From the NCBI GenBank assembly GCA_965219415.1, contig CBDCNP010000002.1:3296001-3360000 (forward strand): 64,000 nucleotides of DNA, given 5' to 3'. Positions 19,741 through 31,636 of this stretch are shown here, one piece after another. Below the pieces are notes generated by a model. It saw only the letters and a program-made list of their open reading frames with translations, did not search any database and was not told the DNA's origin. The position numbers and the translations under genes were made by a program. The stretch's first letter is position 1. Every line of letters starts with the position of its first letter. The DNA comes from Candidatus Marinacidobacterales bacterium (lineage in GTDB: Bacteria > Acidobacteriota > Vicinamibacteria > Marinacidobacterales > DATDRI01).

Positions 19741-20772
19741 CTAAGCGGCCACCGGCGACTGGAATTCACTCTCGCGGGTGGAGACGGCCCAGACGATCCG
19801 GGCGAGTTTGTTGGCGACAGCAATCACGGCCTTGTTGTGTCCCCGCGAGCGGTGGACCTTCCGAGCCCAGGCGCGGAGCTTGTCGGGCGGGCTCTTGCTG
19901 ACGTTCGCCGCGCGGAGCACGGCGCGCCCGCCCTGGGTGAGGAGCATACGGAGGTAGGAGTCGCCACGCTTGGTGATGCGTCCGAGGCGGCGAATGTCGC
20001 CACTGGAGTTTTCCTTGGGAACTAGGCCGAGGTAGCTCGAGAAGCGGCGCCCCGATGGGAAGCGGCGAAGATCGCCGACGAAGCCCACGATGGCGGTCGC
20101 GGCCAGAAGTCCGATGCCGGGAATGGCGAGAAGTCGTTGGACTTCAGGAAGCTGCTTGGTGAGCGCCTTGAGCTCGTGCTCGATGCTAGCGCACTTGTCC
20201 TTGAGTTCTCGAATCTCGGAGCAGGCATCACGGAGATGCGAACGGAGCACGTCGGGCAAATCAGAATCAGCGTCTTCGACGAGTTCGAAGAGGGCGGGCA
20301 CGACGAAGTGAGCGCCCTTTGGGATGATGAATCCGAGTTCGCGCAGGAGCCCGCGTACGGCATTGATGCGTGCGGTCCGTGTGGAGAGCCATCCTGAGCG
20401 CAGGCGATGGAGCGCAGCGAGGGTGTGCTGGTGCACGGACTTGATGGGTACGGGAAGAAGCTCCTCGTTCCTGTAGGCCTCGAGCAACGCCTTCGTGTCG
20501 GCGCGGTCGTTCTTGCTCCCGCGTCGATACGGCCTCACGAGGTGAGGTGGGAGCAGGACGACGTCGTGTCCCAACCTTCGGAACGTCCTTGCCCAGAAGT
20601 GAGCCGAGCCGCAGGCTTCGAGAAGCACGGTGGCAGCGCTCTGTTTGGCAAAGAACGACACCAATTTGGGTCGACTCACACGGAGTTGCTTGGACACCTT
20701 CCCCGCTTCTCCCGAGATGGCAATCTCGAAGACGTTCTTTGCAAGATCCACAGCGATTGTCGTATCTTTCAT
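19741..20772 (-). CDS. IS110-family transposase
   Basis: Translation identical to copy 1. Confidence 0.95.
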   Translation of the reverse strand: MKDTTIAVDLAKNVFEIAISGEAGKVSKQLRVSRPKLVSFFAKQSAATVLLEACGSAHFWARTFRRLGHDVVLLPPHLVRPYRRGSKNDRADTKALLEAYRNEELLPVPIKSVHQHTLAALHRLRSGWLSTRTARINAVRGLLRELGFIIPKGAHFVVPALFELVEDADSDLPDVLRSHLRDACSEIRELKDKCASIEHELKALTKQLPEVQRLLAIPGIGLLAATAIVGFVGDLRRFPSGRRFSSYLGLVPKENSSGDIRRLGRITKRGDSYLRMLLTQGGRAVLRAANVSKSPPDKLRAWARKVHRSRGHNKAVIAVANKLARIVWAVSTRESEFQSPVAA

Positions 20773-21334
20773 TCGGACTCCTCCTTTTCGATGCGTATTC
20801 GACTGACTTTGGCACATCGATGCCGTCTATGTCAGTGGAGGAGTCCATTCCATCACTTGATGGCGGAAGCACCGCCTCCTTCACGTCGCACCGGCGTGGA
20901 GCCCACGAACTTGTAATCTAATAGACGCGCTCAACAATCCCAGCTGGATAGAAAACGCAATTTGGGGTACGCGCAGGACTCCCAGCCAAACTTGACAACG
21001 GGCTCAGTCGCACCAACGTTGAGCCGACCTCTGAGCCGGTGCCACCCACAGAGACTACCGCGTTTCATTCATTCGGGGTGGCCGTCAGGCCGTGAAAAAC
21101 TTGACAGTACCTCGGCCGTACCCAACAACGTCTCGCGCGCGGGAAAATCTAAATCTGTAAAACAAACTATTGAAGCGGAACCGTGGCGAACGGCTGGAGC
21201 CCGGAAACGGCGGGCGCGCCAAGCCAATTGGACACGACGAGATCTCTGGAGGAAAACTCATGGCCCGACACCATACCTATAGCATCGAGTTCAAGGGTCG
21301 AGGTCGAACTAATGGCCTCGATTTCGCCTATGAG

Positions 21335-22399
21335 CTAGCGGCGTCCAATCTCGACGTTCGAGTAGGTGACGCCTTGAATCGACTCCGCGCGCTCCTGAAT
21401 CCCGAGCTCGACGTAGTGCTGGCTCGGACTATACGATCGGCGGTAGTTGACGGTAATCATCCGATTGCCGTTCATGAAAACGTTGGCCTGATTTCCAGAG
21501 CCTGACGGTCCCCACGCAATATTCCAAGTGTAGGTCGTGGAGGGGTCCCAGTTCAGGAAAGAGTTGCCCTCGTCGTGCTGCTCACCTTGCGCAATCCATC
21601 TTAGGCGGAGATAAGGTCCGTTGTGCCTCGGGTCCAGCTTTTGAAGGTGCACGCGGAACGGGTTCGCCCGATAGTCCCCTCGGGTGGGGTCCCACATTCC
21701 GAACAGCATGAATTGATCGAGGCTGGGGTTGGAAGGTTGCATGCCCCAGGTGTCGAACTGCACGTAGCCGGAGACCACCGGACGGATAACGTAGCGGATG
21801 AAGTTATTCTTCTTCTGGACCTGCCAACCTTGGGACGTGAACGTCCCGCCCGAGACTTGCCCGATCGAGCCACCATTGGTGAGGGCATCGGTGAGGATGG
21901 CGTTCCCGTCGCCGCCGAGGATCGGTTCCGGTTCCTCGGGAACGATGAAGTTGGCGATCATGGAAGTGAGGCGAATGGTGCCTAAATCCGCGTAGGCACG
22001 CCAGAAATGCTTCTGCGCGCTCAGCTTCTTCTGAATCTGCCAGGACGTCTGTCCGTCCGAGCCTTCGGGGATACCCCCCGCCCTAGCCACGATGTCGTTG
22101 AAGCCGCGGTCGGACGCCACCTGGAAGGTGTAGGTCGGTTCCCCGTCGGTCGTGGCATTCTTGACTGTCAGTAACGGGGATTGCGAGCTGACTTCTTCGC
22201 CCGACTCGGGGCTGACAATTGCTGGTGGAACGGTACTCGGGGCGGTAGCTAGTGTTGGCTGGCCCTCGCTGCTTCCAACCTCCGTGGGAGAGCTCGAAGT
22301 GGGCGACGGCCCTTCCTCCAAGGTGCAGGCTCCGAATAGAACCACGAATCCGAGTGCGAATCCGGCTAAAATCAACTGTTTAAGTCGGTTGGCGTACAT
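21335..22399 (-). CDS. Lipoprotein with Ig/FnIII-like and beta-sandwich regions
   Basis: GGAGG RBS; lipobox LFGAC; Ser/Pro linker; YTFQVASDRGF...HFWRA. Confidence 0.75.
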   Translation of the reverse strand: MYANRLKQLILAGFALGFVVLFGACTLEEGPSPTSSSPTEVGSSEGQPTLATAPSTVPPAIVSPESGEEVSSQSPLLTVKNATTDGEPTYTFQVASDRGFNDIVARAGGIPEGSDGQTSWQIQKKLSAQKHFWRAYADLGTIRLTSMIANFIVPEEPEPILGGDGNAILTDALTNGGSIGQVSGGTFTSQGWQVQKKNNFIRYVIRPVVSGYVQFDTWGMQPSNPSLDQFMLFGMWDPTRGDYRANPFRVHLQKLDPRHNGPYLRLRWIAQGEQHDEGNSFLNWDPSTTYTWNIAWGPSGSGNQANVFMNGNRMITVNYRRSYSPSQHYVELGIQERAESIQGVTYSNVEIGRR

Positions 22400-22459
22400 G
22401 CTCGCTCCTCCGTCACCGCCGGGGGGCTCAAGCTAGAGGACCATCGGCAGATGTTGGCA

Positions 22460-22800
22460 AACCTCGGATCCGTTCCGGTTTCCGTGGAAATAAAAATGGC
22501 GTCACCTCCTTTTAGCGAAAAGAAAAACTCGCTAGGAAAGAGCGAGAATGAGGATTACGCCATGAAGAAGCCTACCACCATAACGTCCGGGTTGGTCAGA
22601 GAGTACCGGGGGTTCATAGAGCTACGACTTCGGAGACGAGTGCCCGAAGCGATCGAGCTGGTGATGGAGGAGGAAGTGGCCCAGGCGCTAGGCTGCCCAG
22701 CTTGGGAGCGCACGGAAGAGCGTCGCGGCTACCGGAATGGAGCCGAGATCCGTCGAGCGACCACGTCGGTGAGGACACGGGAGCTGCGCGTGCCGCGGGC
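22460..22800 (+). pseudogene. IS256-family transposase N-terminal remnant
   Basis: IELVMEEEVAQALGC..WER...RRGYRNG...ELRVPR. Confidence 0.75.
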
Positions 22801-23454
22801 GTCGTGTCCAAAACCACAAACGAACTCAAGACCGGCGTGTCGCGGGCGTTTTGGATGAGAGGTGTCTAGGCTTGGTTGGCAATGGGAGCTAGAAAGAGAG
22901 GTCTGCTCGGGCGCGCCTATCACAGAGCCAGTGCCGCGTCGGCTGGTTTCTGCGAATTTCGAGAACGCCTCTAGGATTCGAGCTTTCAGGCTCCGTTCGT
23001 ATTTTCGGACACGACGGGATGCAAGCGGCCTTGGGAAAGGCGCAAGGTGCTGACCCGCTGGGCATTCGAGTATTTGGACCACACGGGAGATCGAGACGAC
23101 CGAATCTCCTCTCGCAGGTAGTAGAGACACTAAACTGCTGATTTATGGTCTATTCCAAAAGGGCCGAGTTTTGGCACAGGACGGGGACAGGGCGTCAGCG
23201 CTTGGTGCCGCGGCCTTCGCGTGGGACGGTCAATGAAGATTCAGCCGATATCCTTCAGCTTGGGTTGGGCGGCCCGGCGTATCTCTGTAGCAGCGACGGC
23301 CGTGCGCTCAGACACGTCTAATCTGAAACGTCCCGGCGAGCGGGGCTTGAGTTCGTTTGTGTTTTTGGACACGACGGCAAACTGCTGACCCGCTGGGCGT
23401 TCGAGTATTTTGACCAGACCGGGTCAGTGAGCGTAATTCAGCACAATTCTCTTT

Positions 23455-25849
23455 TCATCGCCATCTCTCGTATTGTTGCCGCATCGTCGGGAGCGCTCGT
23501 TGAAATCGCGCATCGATCTGTTGGTACAGGGCAATCAACCGCCGCTCCTTTTCTAGACGGCTCAACTCCGGCGATGCTCGGATGCGATCTCCGTTACAGC
23601 GTGCGTTGGCCGCCGCGCCTCGGATGCGGTTGATGGAAGCCCTGATCCGCCGGGAGGGATGTTGTCCGGAAACGGTGTTCGCGAAGGCGTTGAACCAATT
23701 CGAGATCTCGTAGAACTCGTTGCTGTATCGGGTAAACGTTCGTAGCGAAGGCGGCTGAAGGCTGGTGAAGCCAGTGATCAGGCCGGCCGTGCGGGGAAAC
23801 GGTTTCGGCCCATTCTGTTGTGTATTCCACATCAGCTCGTCGAGACCAGTGATGACCACATTACCGAGATGGCCTGTCCAGCTGCGGACGAACGTCTGTA
23901 TGTGAAGCGGGGATATCCCGAACGACCGGCCGACGAGGCGGTAGGGTTCCGGCGTGGACCGCGGAAAGAATTGCTGCTCGGGCAGCCAGCTCTGCATATA
24001 CGCGGGAATGATCTCGTCACCGAAAAAGTTCCGATTCGTCCGGACCTCGACAACTGGCTGCGCGACAGCCGGAATCCAGCCGATTGCCAAGTTGCCGTGA
24101 ATCAGCGACCAGACGAATCTCCAGCCGGCCAGCGAGTTGACACCGGTGGCGAGATCAAGGGCCACCTCAGGAACTTTCATGAACATGGCACCGATCTGGA
24201 ACGGCGTGGGGATGCGGATGTCACTGTCGCCGGCCACGTCGTAGAGGGTGAGCCAGGATGCCTTGTCGTATTGTGTCTCCGCCTGATAGGCAGCGAGCCG
24301 GGCGTCGTCAGACGTGTTGTGGAGCCAGACAGCCCACGTCATGACGCTGAGGCAGAGCCCGGCCAGCAGTGTCTTGTGCGCGTGCCGCGTCCGTTCGTCG
24401 TCCCACCAGGAGTCACTTCGGTGGAGCCGTGCTCGCGGCCGAACGATCTCGTAGAGCTGGTCGAAGCCCTGGATAGCCGCGTTCATGAACGGGACTGTGT
24501 GCACGTACATGCGTCACGCTCGTGAGGCACCGATGTTGGCGAAGTCCGCCGAGATCATCCGCGCCGATCGCGCGGCCGCGTAGTTGGTCGCGCCACGCGC
24601 GCGGGCCTTCTGGAACTGGTTGACGCGCCTGCCAGCCTCCCCAATCCACGCGGGGCGTGTCAGCAGGTAGACGAGTCTCGAGCCCCACCGCCGGACCTTG
24701 GCCGCAGTGACGGTCGTCTGGTCTTCGATATGTGTCTCGGATTCGACCAGTGCGGAGAAGAACCCGCCCTGCAGGACGTACTCGCGCATCACCTCGGAGC
24801 GGTCGGTCGCGAGGTCCTGGATGGCGTGCACGCTAACCGGCAAGCGTGGAAAAGAACGGGATCTGCCAGTAACGCCCGGCCACGAAACCCGACAGGGTGT
24901 CGCGAAAGAAGTTCTTGATAATGAACATTGGCATCGTGGTGATCATCGCGGACACGGCCGTCTTGAAGGTGGAGAGCCAGCGGATCACCGACGGCATCGG
25001 TTCTTCGTCCAAGCTCTGAAGCATCGCCGCAAGCGCATCGTCGTGAATGGCGAACCGTGTGCGTCTGTGCTGCACAATGGCCGCTATCGTGTATTGATCG
25101 CGCGAGGGCCGTCCCATCACCATGGTGGCAAAGGTTTGGCCCTCTCGATGCTGGACAACGGTTTCCAGGAGTTCCGCTTGCGCGCGCGCGACAAGCGCGT
25201 TGTAGATGTTCCGTGCGAACATGCCGCGCAGAGCAGAGGTCAGATCGTCGGTGGATGCGGCGGCAACAACGTTGGACAGTAGTGATCCAGCGGCTCGGTT
25301 GGAGGTGCGACGTAGCGGCGTGACCAACGGTATCGCACCAGCCCTGTAGCGCTTGGCCTCGACCGGCGTAAGGTACCGCATCTGCACGTAGTAGCGGAGC
25401 ATCGCACGATGGAGGGCAATGATTCCGGCAGCGAACGACTTGATGTCGGGATGCTGTTCCGCATACCGCTGGAGCGCCGCGCTGTCAGTCGGAACGGGAG
25501 CGCTTGTACCGCTGCCGTGCGATTCGGCTCCGCCTCCTCCGTGCCGCGCAGCGCTCAGCGCGTACCAGATCGCGAGGAACAGGTGGTTGCGTCCCTTGGC
25601 CGCCACGGGCGTGACGAGATCGCGAAGACTGTACGGAATGTCCCGGCGCGGAACTCGGCCGGTCCCATCGGCAGATTCTTCGAAAGCGCCGTAGCGCCAG
25701 ACGTACTCGGCCAGGGACTTTGCGTGGTTGATGTGTTCGAAGCGCTCACCGACCGCGTCGTTGCCGAGCCGCTCGCCGATCGTCTGCGCCGCATGCCAGC
25801 GATGGACGAACTTCGTGCGAGCGGTTCGCAGTTGTTCTTGCGTGAGCAT
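23455..25849 (-). pseudogene. LPD38-like (large polyvalent protein / phage internal protein) gene in three pieces
   Basis: P.FIIKNFFRD, DF...G...VPFMNAAIQG, IRIPTPFQIG, TNRNFFGDEIIP. One frameshift at ~24836 and one in-frame TGA at 24514-24516. Confidence 0.7.
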
Positions 25850-26510
25850 TGGAGCTTTCTCGCGTCCGGCGTCGGCCGGTGTACGTTCCCTCCAAGGGCT
25901 GGTGTCTGTCGCTGGAGAATACCCTCCATACTACAGTCGCGCGCGTGACTCTAGCACGAGCGACTGCCAACTCAGGAAAGTACGCGGGTGCGCATTCTTG
26001 GAGACGTTTGCGAGCGATATCAGGGAGGACTCGAACCGCGTCGTCACGGCTCGTATCGCCAGGTCAGCGACCGAGACGAGCAGATCAAGCACACACGGAA
26101 GTCAGCGAAGGCCTTCTCTTGGGCTTCGACCACTTCTCACAACGGATCCGAACCGACCAATCGAGCAGGTAATAGGAATTATCGGCCGAAAGCCGTGACC
26201 AACCCTCAGCCTCTTGTATCCTCATAGCTGGCTGCTGGCTCCAAGCCAAGAGCTGCCACCTCGGCGAGTCGCGTCTCCTGTTCCGACGTACGAACGAAGC
26301 GCGCAGATGTCAGAATCTCGGCCACATTACGTGGCTGCAATGGAAGTCTCACCAGACGCACCGGCGTCAATGGCACCCCTGAAAGTGGCGGGGCCACGAT
26401 CTATCGGTGACGATGACATGGAAGATCGTTCCGGGCCGAACCTTCACCGATCCGCGGTCGCTGGTGAAGAGGAGGTCTGGACGGTCAGCCGTTCATCCAT
26501 CAGGTGGCTG

Positions 26511-27066
26511 TCATGACTGCTCCTCCGCAGACCGCTGCTGTGCCTCGTCGGTCAATGTGATCGACTCGCCAGGCATGAGCGGGAGGTCGATGGTAGTCTC
26601 AATGCCATCGGCATCGGTAACGATGAGACTGTCCGGCCCGTATTCGTCGGCGGGGACGAAGGCAGTCACCTTGAGATGCTGATCGCCAAACAGCGTGGTC
26701 CGGTACACCACGTCGGAGCCGACCAGCGGCACGTCGTACTCGCCGAGCCGCGCGTTCGCAAAGGGCACGGGCACCTCCGGGGGATACGCGGTATCGACTG
26801 CCTCCTGTTGCGCTGGCCTCCCCACCAGCCACGCCGCCCCCAACAACCCCACGAACACCGCCAACGCCAACACCGGCATTGGCGATATCGCCCCCGGCGG
26901 CAGCACCCCCGCATGCTCCAACAGACGTACCAACGCCATGCCAGGCAGTAGCACCAACAACATCGCCACCGGGACCGTAAACGTGATCCTCACCAGCACC
27001 AAATCCATCGTCCACTTCATCCACTTCATCGACCACACGTAGGTCCGCTTCGCCATCGTCTGCATC
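26511..27066 (-). CDS. Hypothetical membrane protein (two TM segments)
   Basis: Two hydrophobic helices plus an acidic soluble domain; start uncertain. Confidence 0.5.
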
Positions 27067-27315
27067 GTCCCCCGAGAATGCCGCAAGGAGCGCAGGCGTG
27101 CGCCCGCCCGCGTCGCCAACACCCCCGGCACCAGTACCGGGGTTCCACTGGCGACGTGCAGTAGGGGACACGCCGCCGTCCCTTCCAACGCCTCACCCTG
27201 AGCGCGACGGTTCGCCCATTGCTGCATGTCGGCAGCGACGCGCCGCCCTTCGGCCGTGTCCGAGCGTGTCAGCGCCTCTCTGACGCCGCCTTCCATGCCT
27301 CTTTTGTGGTCGTTC

Positions 27316-27779
27316 CCGTCGTGTCCAACAACACAAACGGACTCGAGACGCGCGCGCCAAGCCGTCGCCGAACTCATCCATCATTATCATAGAGAGCGCA
27401 AACATCAAGGACTTGGGAACGCGTTGATCGCAGCCGAAGAATGCGTCGGCAGTCCTCACGGTAACGTGCCGATGTTGTACGCGATGGGGCGGCTTGCTCA
27501 TTTATTCCACCGCGCCGCCGCATAGGAGTTCGGGCGCGCCAAGCTGGACGGAACGGATGCTCCGGAGGAGAGTTCTGCTCGGGCTCGCCTATCGAAGACC
27601 CCGTCCTGTGCCAAAACTCGGCCCTTTTGAAATAGAGCATCAATCAGCAGCTTAGTGTCTGTGTTTGCGGCCGTGCCAAGGGCCGAGCGCGAACAAACGA
27701 CGAAATCATGCAGGCATGGTCCCGGCAGACCGGAGACCAATCAAGTTTGGGGCGCGCGGATGAATAAATAGAAGGCACA
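27316..27779. mobile_element. Composite of IS481-like remnants (ccgtcgtgtcc end, YHRERKHQGLGN fragment, family-B end, TGT end)
   Basis: The same motifs recur at 18023-18140, 18707-18803 and 22800-23016. Confidence 0.6.
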
Positions 27780-27915
27780 ACTCAGTTGGGCGCGCAACTC
27801 GGTCTCTTCCGCACCTGTCCCACTGCCCGCAGCCGCGTAGCAACATATCTGGACTCCTCTAGTCAAGCCCCTTTCTTTCTAGTCACGCCCCTTTCTTAAT
27901 AAATCTTCCATCGAA

Positions 27916-28128
27916 GCTGCGCATCCATCGCGTCGTGACGAGTGGGTCAGACTGCAAACGTATCTTCGGCCTCAGTGAGGAGCGTCTTGGGTGCTCCGGG
28001 CCATGATGGAAAATCCGCGCGCGAGGAGCCAATCACTTTGAACGACCTCTTAGGGCCAGTGTTGCTATTGGCTTGACCCCGCGCCGGTCCGACCGGTACG
28101 CCATCAGTTGGATGGGTATCGTCGCAGC
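27916..28128 (-). ncRNA. Predicted bridge RNA of copy 3
   Basis: Same sequence as 146-358. Confidence 0.8.
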
Positions 28129-28175
28129 CTCTTTTGGAAGGGAAAAAGGAAAACACGAAAGTGGAGCCTCTAAAT

Positions 28176-29207
28176 CTAAGCGGCCACCGGCGACTGGAAT
28201 TCACTCTCGCGGGTGGAGACGGCCCAGACGATCCGGGCGAGTTTGTTGGCGACAGCAATCACGGCCTTGTTGTGTCCCCGCGAGCGGTGGACCTTCCGAG
28301 CCCAGGCGCGGAGCTTGTCGGGCGGGCTCTTGCTGACGTTCGCCGCGCGGAGCACGGCGCGCCCGCCCTGGGTGAGGAGCATACGGAGGTAGGAGTCGCC
28401 ACGCTTGGTGATGCGTCCGAGGCGGCGAATGTCGCCACTGGAGTTTTCCTTGGGAACTAGGCCGAGGTAGCTCGAGAAGCGGCGCCCCGATGGGAAGCGG
28501 CGAAGATCGCCGACGAAGCCCACGATGGCGGTCGCGGCCAGAAGTCCGATGCCGGGAATGGCGAGAAGTCGTTGGACTTCAGGAAGCTGCTTGGTGAGCG
28601 CCTTGAGCTCGTGCTCGATGCTAGCGCACTTGTCCTTGAGTTCTCGAATCTCGGAGCAGGCATCACGGAGATGCGAACGGAGCACGTCGGGCAAATCAGA
28701 ATCAGCGTCTTCGACGAGTTCGAAGAGGGCGGGCACGACGAAGTGAGCGCCCTTTGGGATGATGAATCCGAGTTCGCGCAGGAGCCCGCGTACGGCATTG
28801 ATGCGTGCGGTCCGTGTGGAGAGCCATCCTGAGCGCAGGCGATGGAGCGCAGCGAGGGTGTGCTGGTGCACGGACTTGATGGGTACGGGAAGAAGCTCCT
28901 CGTTCCTGTAGGCCTCGAGCAACGCCTTCGTGTCGGCGCGGTCGTTCTTGCTCCCGCGTCGATACGGCCTCACGAGGTGAGGTGGGAGCAGGACGACGTC
29001 GTGTCCCAACCTTCGGAACGTCCTTGCCCAGAAGTGAGCCGAGCCGCAGGCTTCGAGAAGCACGGTGGCAGCGCTCTGTTTGGCAAAGAACGACACCAAT
29101 TTGGGTCGACTCACACGGAGTTGCTTGGACACCTTCCCCGCTTCTCCCGAGATGGCAATCTCGAAGACGTTCTTTGCAAGATCCACAGCGATTGTCGTAT
29201 CTTTCAT
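28176..29207 (-). CDS. IS110-family transposase
   Basis: Translation identical to copy 1. Confidence 0.95.
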   Translation of the reverse strand: MKDTTIAVDLAKNVFEIAISGEAGKVSKQLRVSRPKLVSFFAKQSAATVLLEACGSAHFWARTFRRLGHDVVLLPPHLVRPYRRGSKNDRADTKALLEAYRNEELLPVPIKSVHQHTLAALHRLRSGWLSTRTARINAVRGLLRELGFIIPKGAHFVVPALFELVEDADSDLPDVLRSHLRDACSEIRELKDKCASIEHELKALTKQLPEVQRLLAIPGIGLLAATAIVGFVGDLRRFPSGRRFSSYLGLVPKENSSGDIRRLGRITKRGDSYLRMLLTQGGRAVLRAANVSKSPPDKLRAWARKVHRSRGHNKAVIAVANKLARIVWAVSTRESEFQSPVAA

Positions 29208-29308
29208 TCGGACTCCTCCTTTTCGATGCGTATTCGACTGACTTTGGCACATCGATGCCGTCTATGTCAGTGGAGGAGTCCATTCCATCACTTGATGGCG
29301 GAAGCACC

Positions 29309-29673
29309 GGAGCGACAATCAGAAGATCGTGTAGATGAACGGCGCCTCGGTCAGTTTCGTCGAGGTCATGAGCGCTGTGATCACCGCCAGTTGAGATTGG
29401 TGTCGTTTGAAAAAGGTTTCTTGCCCCACGCTGGATCTTGGTCCACGGAACCGTATCTTTGGCAAAGGCTGCGTTCCAGAGCGACAGATGGGTGCCGACC
29501 CATAACTCAAGGCCAATCCATGCGAACATCGCCAAGAGTGGGATGATGATGACGGGCTGTAAGAACAGCTTGAGGACGCCGCAGAGGCCCGATCTCTGCT
29601 TCGGTTGGAACAGCAGCCAAAGCGTAGCGACGCCTAACCAGAGAAGGACCGCGATCTCACGGTTGTTGAGCAT
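29309..29673 (-). pseudogene. Membrane protein N-terminal fragment truncated by the IS1-type TIR
   Basis: MLNNREIAVLLWLG... hydrophobic; ends at the TIR. Confidence 0.55.
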
Positions 29674-30515
29674 TGGAGAAACACCGCCGCTGTTCTGATT
29701 GCGTCTGGACCGCGCTCGAGAACTCGGGAGCTATAATCGGTGAGCGCTCTTCCTCCCGGCTTCGCTGGCAGCGATGCAGACGGTTGTCCTCTATGAAGTT
29801 TCAATTTTCTCTTAAGCGGGGGGCCTTATCCTCCATCGCTACCCTCCCCGCTATCCAGCAGGCCGAGGCTGTAGCCCAACCGGTAGTTTTGCCCCGTCTC
29901 GGACGACCCGAAGCCGACCCGCGGTGTTCCGACGAAGCGGTGTCCGACCAGCCATCCCGTAACCGAGGTCTGCGAGGACGCCCGCCGGATGCTTGGCTGC
30001 TGCGGGCTGTCAGCCCGGTCATCGTCTCCCGGCCCCACAGCGCCCCCTGTGGCTTGCCCGCCCCACGAAGGCGCCACACCCCCGTGCCGTAAAGCTCAGC
30101 GGCGTCGAGGGTGTCGGGTCGAAGCCCGACACGCCCCGGTCCCGGAAGCCTTCGGCCTCGTGCACTAGCAGCATCCGCACCCGCACGTCCGCTGACAGGC
30201 CCAGCGAAGGGTCCGACACTACCAGACCGCTGCCGAGCCCTCGGTGCGCTCGACCGGCGTAGCGTGGAAACAGCTTCAGGAACACGCTTCGATATTCACT
30301 CTCGACTAGGTGGTCATCTGCATGGTGACGACCCGCCCGCCCAAGACGATTGTAAAGCCCACGGCCCTTGGCCCGGTCGCAAACACAGACACTAAGTTGC
30401 TGATTTATGGCCTATTTCAAAAGGGCCGAGTTTTGGCACAGGACGGGAGCGGGAAGGTGGCTTCGCCTCTTTCCTTTACCGCCCGCTTCCTACGCCAGCG
30501 CCCCTTGTTGCAACA

Positions 30516-30602
30516 CCGTGAGGTCAAAATACTCATGCGGCTTCCCGTTGGAAAGGTGCAAACTGCTGACCCGATGGGCGTTCGAATATTTTGACCAGAC
30601 GG
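30516..30602. mobile_element. 87-bp MITE (family E)
   Basis: ccgtgaggtcaaaatactc ... gaatattttgaccagacgg; half copies at 5714, ~23049-23088 and ~23378-23422. Confidence 0.6.
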
Positions 30603-30788
30603 CTAGTTGTCAAGACCTTAATCTAGGAAATTCCGATTTCTAAAGGGCCGAGTTTTGGCACAGGACGGGGTAGTAAGTTGGGCGCACGAACGAATTCATG
30701 CACCAACGCCGATAATTTCGGGTGGGAATCGATATTCGTGGTAACTCAGCAAGTTGGGTCGCATCGGTCCATTGTGTCGATCACCTTC

Positions 30789-31636
30789 TCAATTTGACTT
30801 ACCCTTCGGCGCCAAGATCGGTTCGGGTAAGCCCTCGACGATGCGCGTTGATTCCACGCTGACATGGACGATGCGGCGGATCATCGCGATCAGCTCGCGT
30901 GGATCGTCGAACCAAGCATTGGGATCGTTGACGATGCCACTTTCCTTGTCTCGCGTGATTCGGTAGCGGTCGATGAGCCACTCTAGCGGTGTCCGCCCGT
31001 TGACCTGGTACTGGTGCACCCCTAGCGGTATCCCGCCGAGTCGGAGATGGTCGTTGACGATAAGGATCGTCCTGTCGTTATCGGAATATCGCATCGCCCG
31101 CTCACCGACTCGGAATTGCTCCGGTCGCGGTTCTCCGAGTTGTGTGAAGGTAACGTCTAGCGGATATTCCTGGCAGGTCTCATAGCTGAGATGAAGTTCT
31201 GCAAGCTCACGCCCAGCTCTCGCAAAGGCATGGAAATCGTGTGCGAGCGGGAGGCGCGGCAGCTCCTTCGCTAGGTCGTTGGCGAAGTGCTCCCGGTAGC
31301 TGGGCGCATGCAGAACGCCGTAGACGTAATCGAAAATCACATCCTTGGTGATTGAGTTGTCGCTGTAGCGTACGCGGAAAGCGCGCAACGCCGTGTCCGT
31401 GATGTTGTCGATACGCTCCAATTCCTGTCCGACGCCCGGAAGGGTGCCCTGCGCATCCGTCGGTTGCTGATACCTGTAGCGCGGGAAGCATTGTCCGTTG
31501 AACATCAGTTGGATATCCGGCATCAAATCGACCACGAGGGCGGAGAACGGCTTGGTCGAGCCGATGCCCGGGACGCAGATCGCCCGGTTTTCGATCGCGC
31601 TGTTCGGGAAAATCCGGTCAAGTTGATGTTTTCGAT
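30789..31636 (-). pseudogene. Type ISP restriction-modification enzyme, C-terminal specificity domain only
   Basis: GQCFPRY, ITKDVIFDYVYGVLH, LAKELPRLP, GRELAELHLSYE, YQVNGRTPLEW, SGIVNDPN; truncated by IS6. Confidence 0.9.

Larger units (their letters stand above)
19411..20855 (-). mobile_element. IS1111-type element, copy 2
   Basis: Same ends and protein as copy 1; target halves at 19118-19126 and 20856-20873. Confidence 0.95.
27846..29290 (-). mobile_element. IS1111-type element, copy 3
   Basis: CA cores at 27844-27845 and 29289-29290; same target. Confidence 0.95.

Noticed and set aside
28702-29673. 323-aa ORF (and 932-1771, 20267-20884) as fusion proteins
   Set aside because: These are read-through of truncated flanking sequence into an alternative frame of the IS.
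5807-30668. Integron-like cassette array, with recurring repeats as attC sites
   Set aside because: Repeats occur in both orientations, truncate genes mid-domain, match IS termini and lack evident attC core sites; no tyrosine integrase is present.
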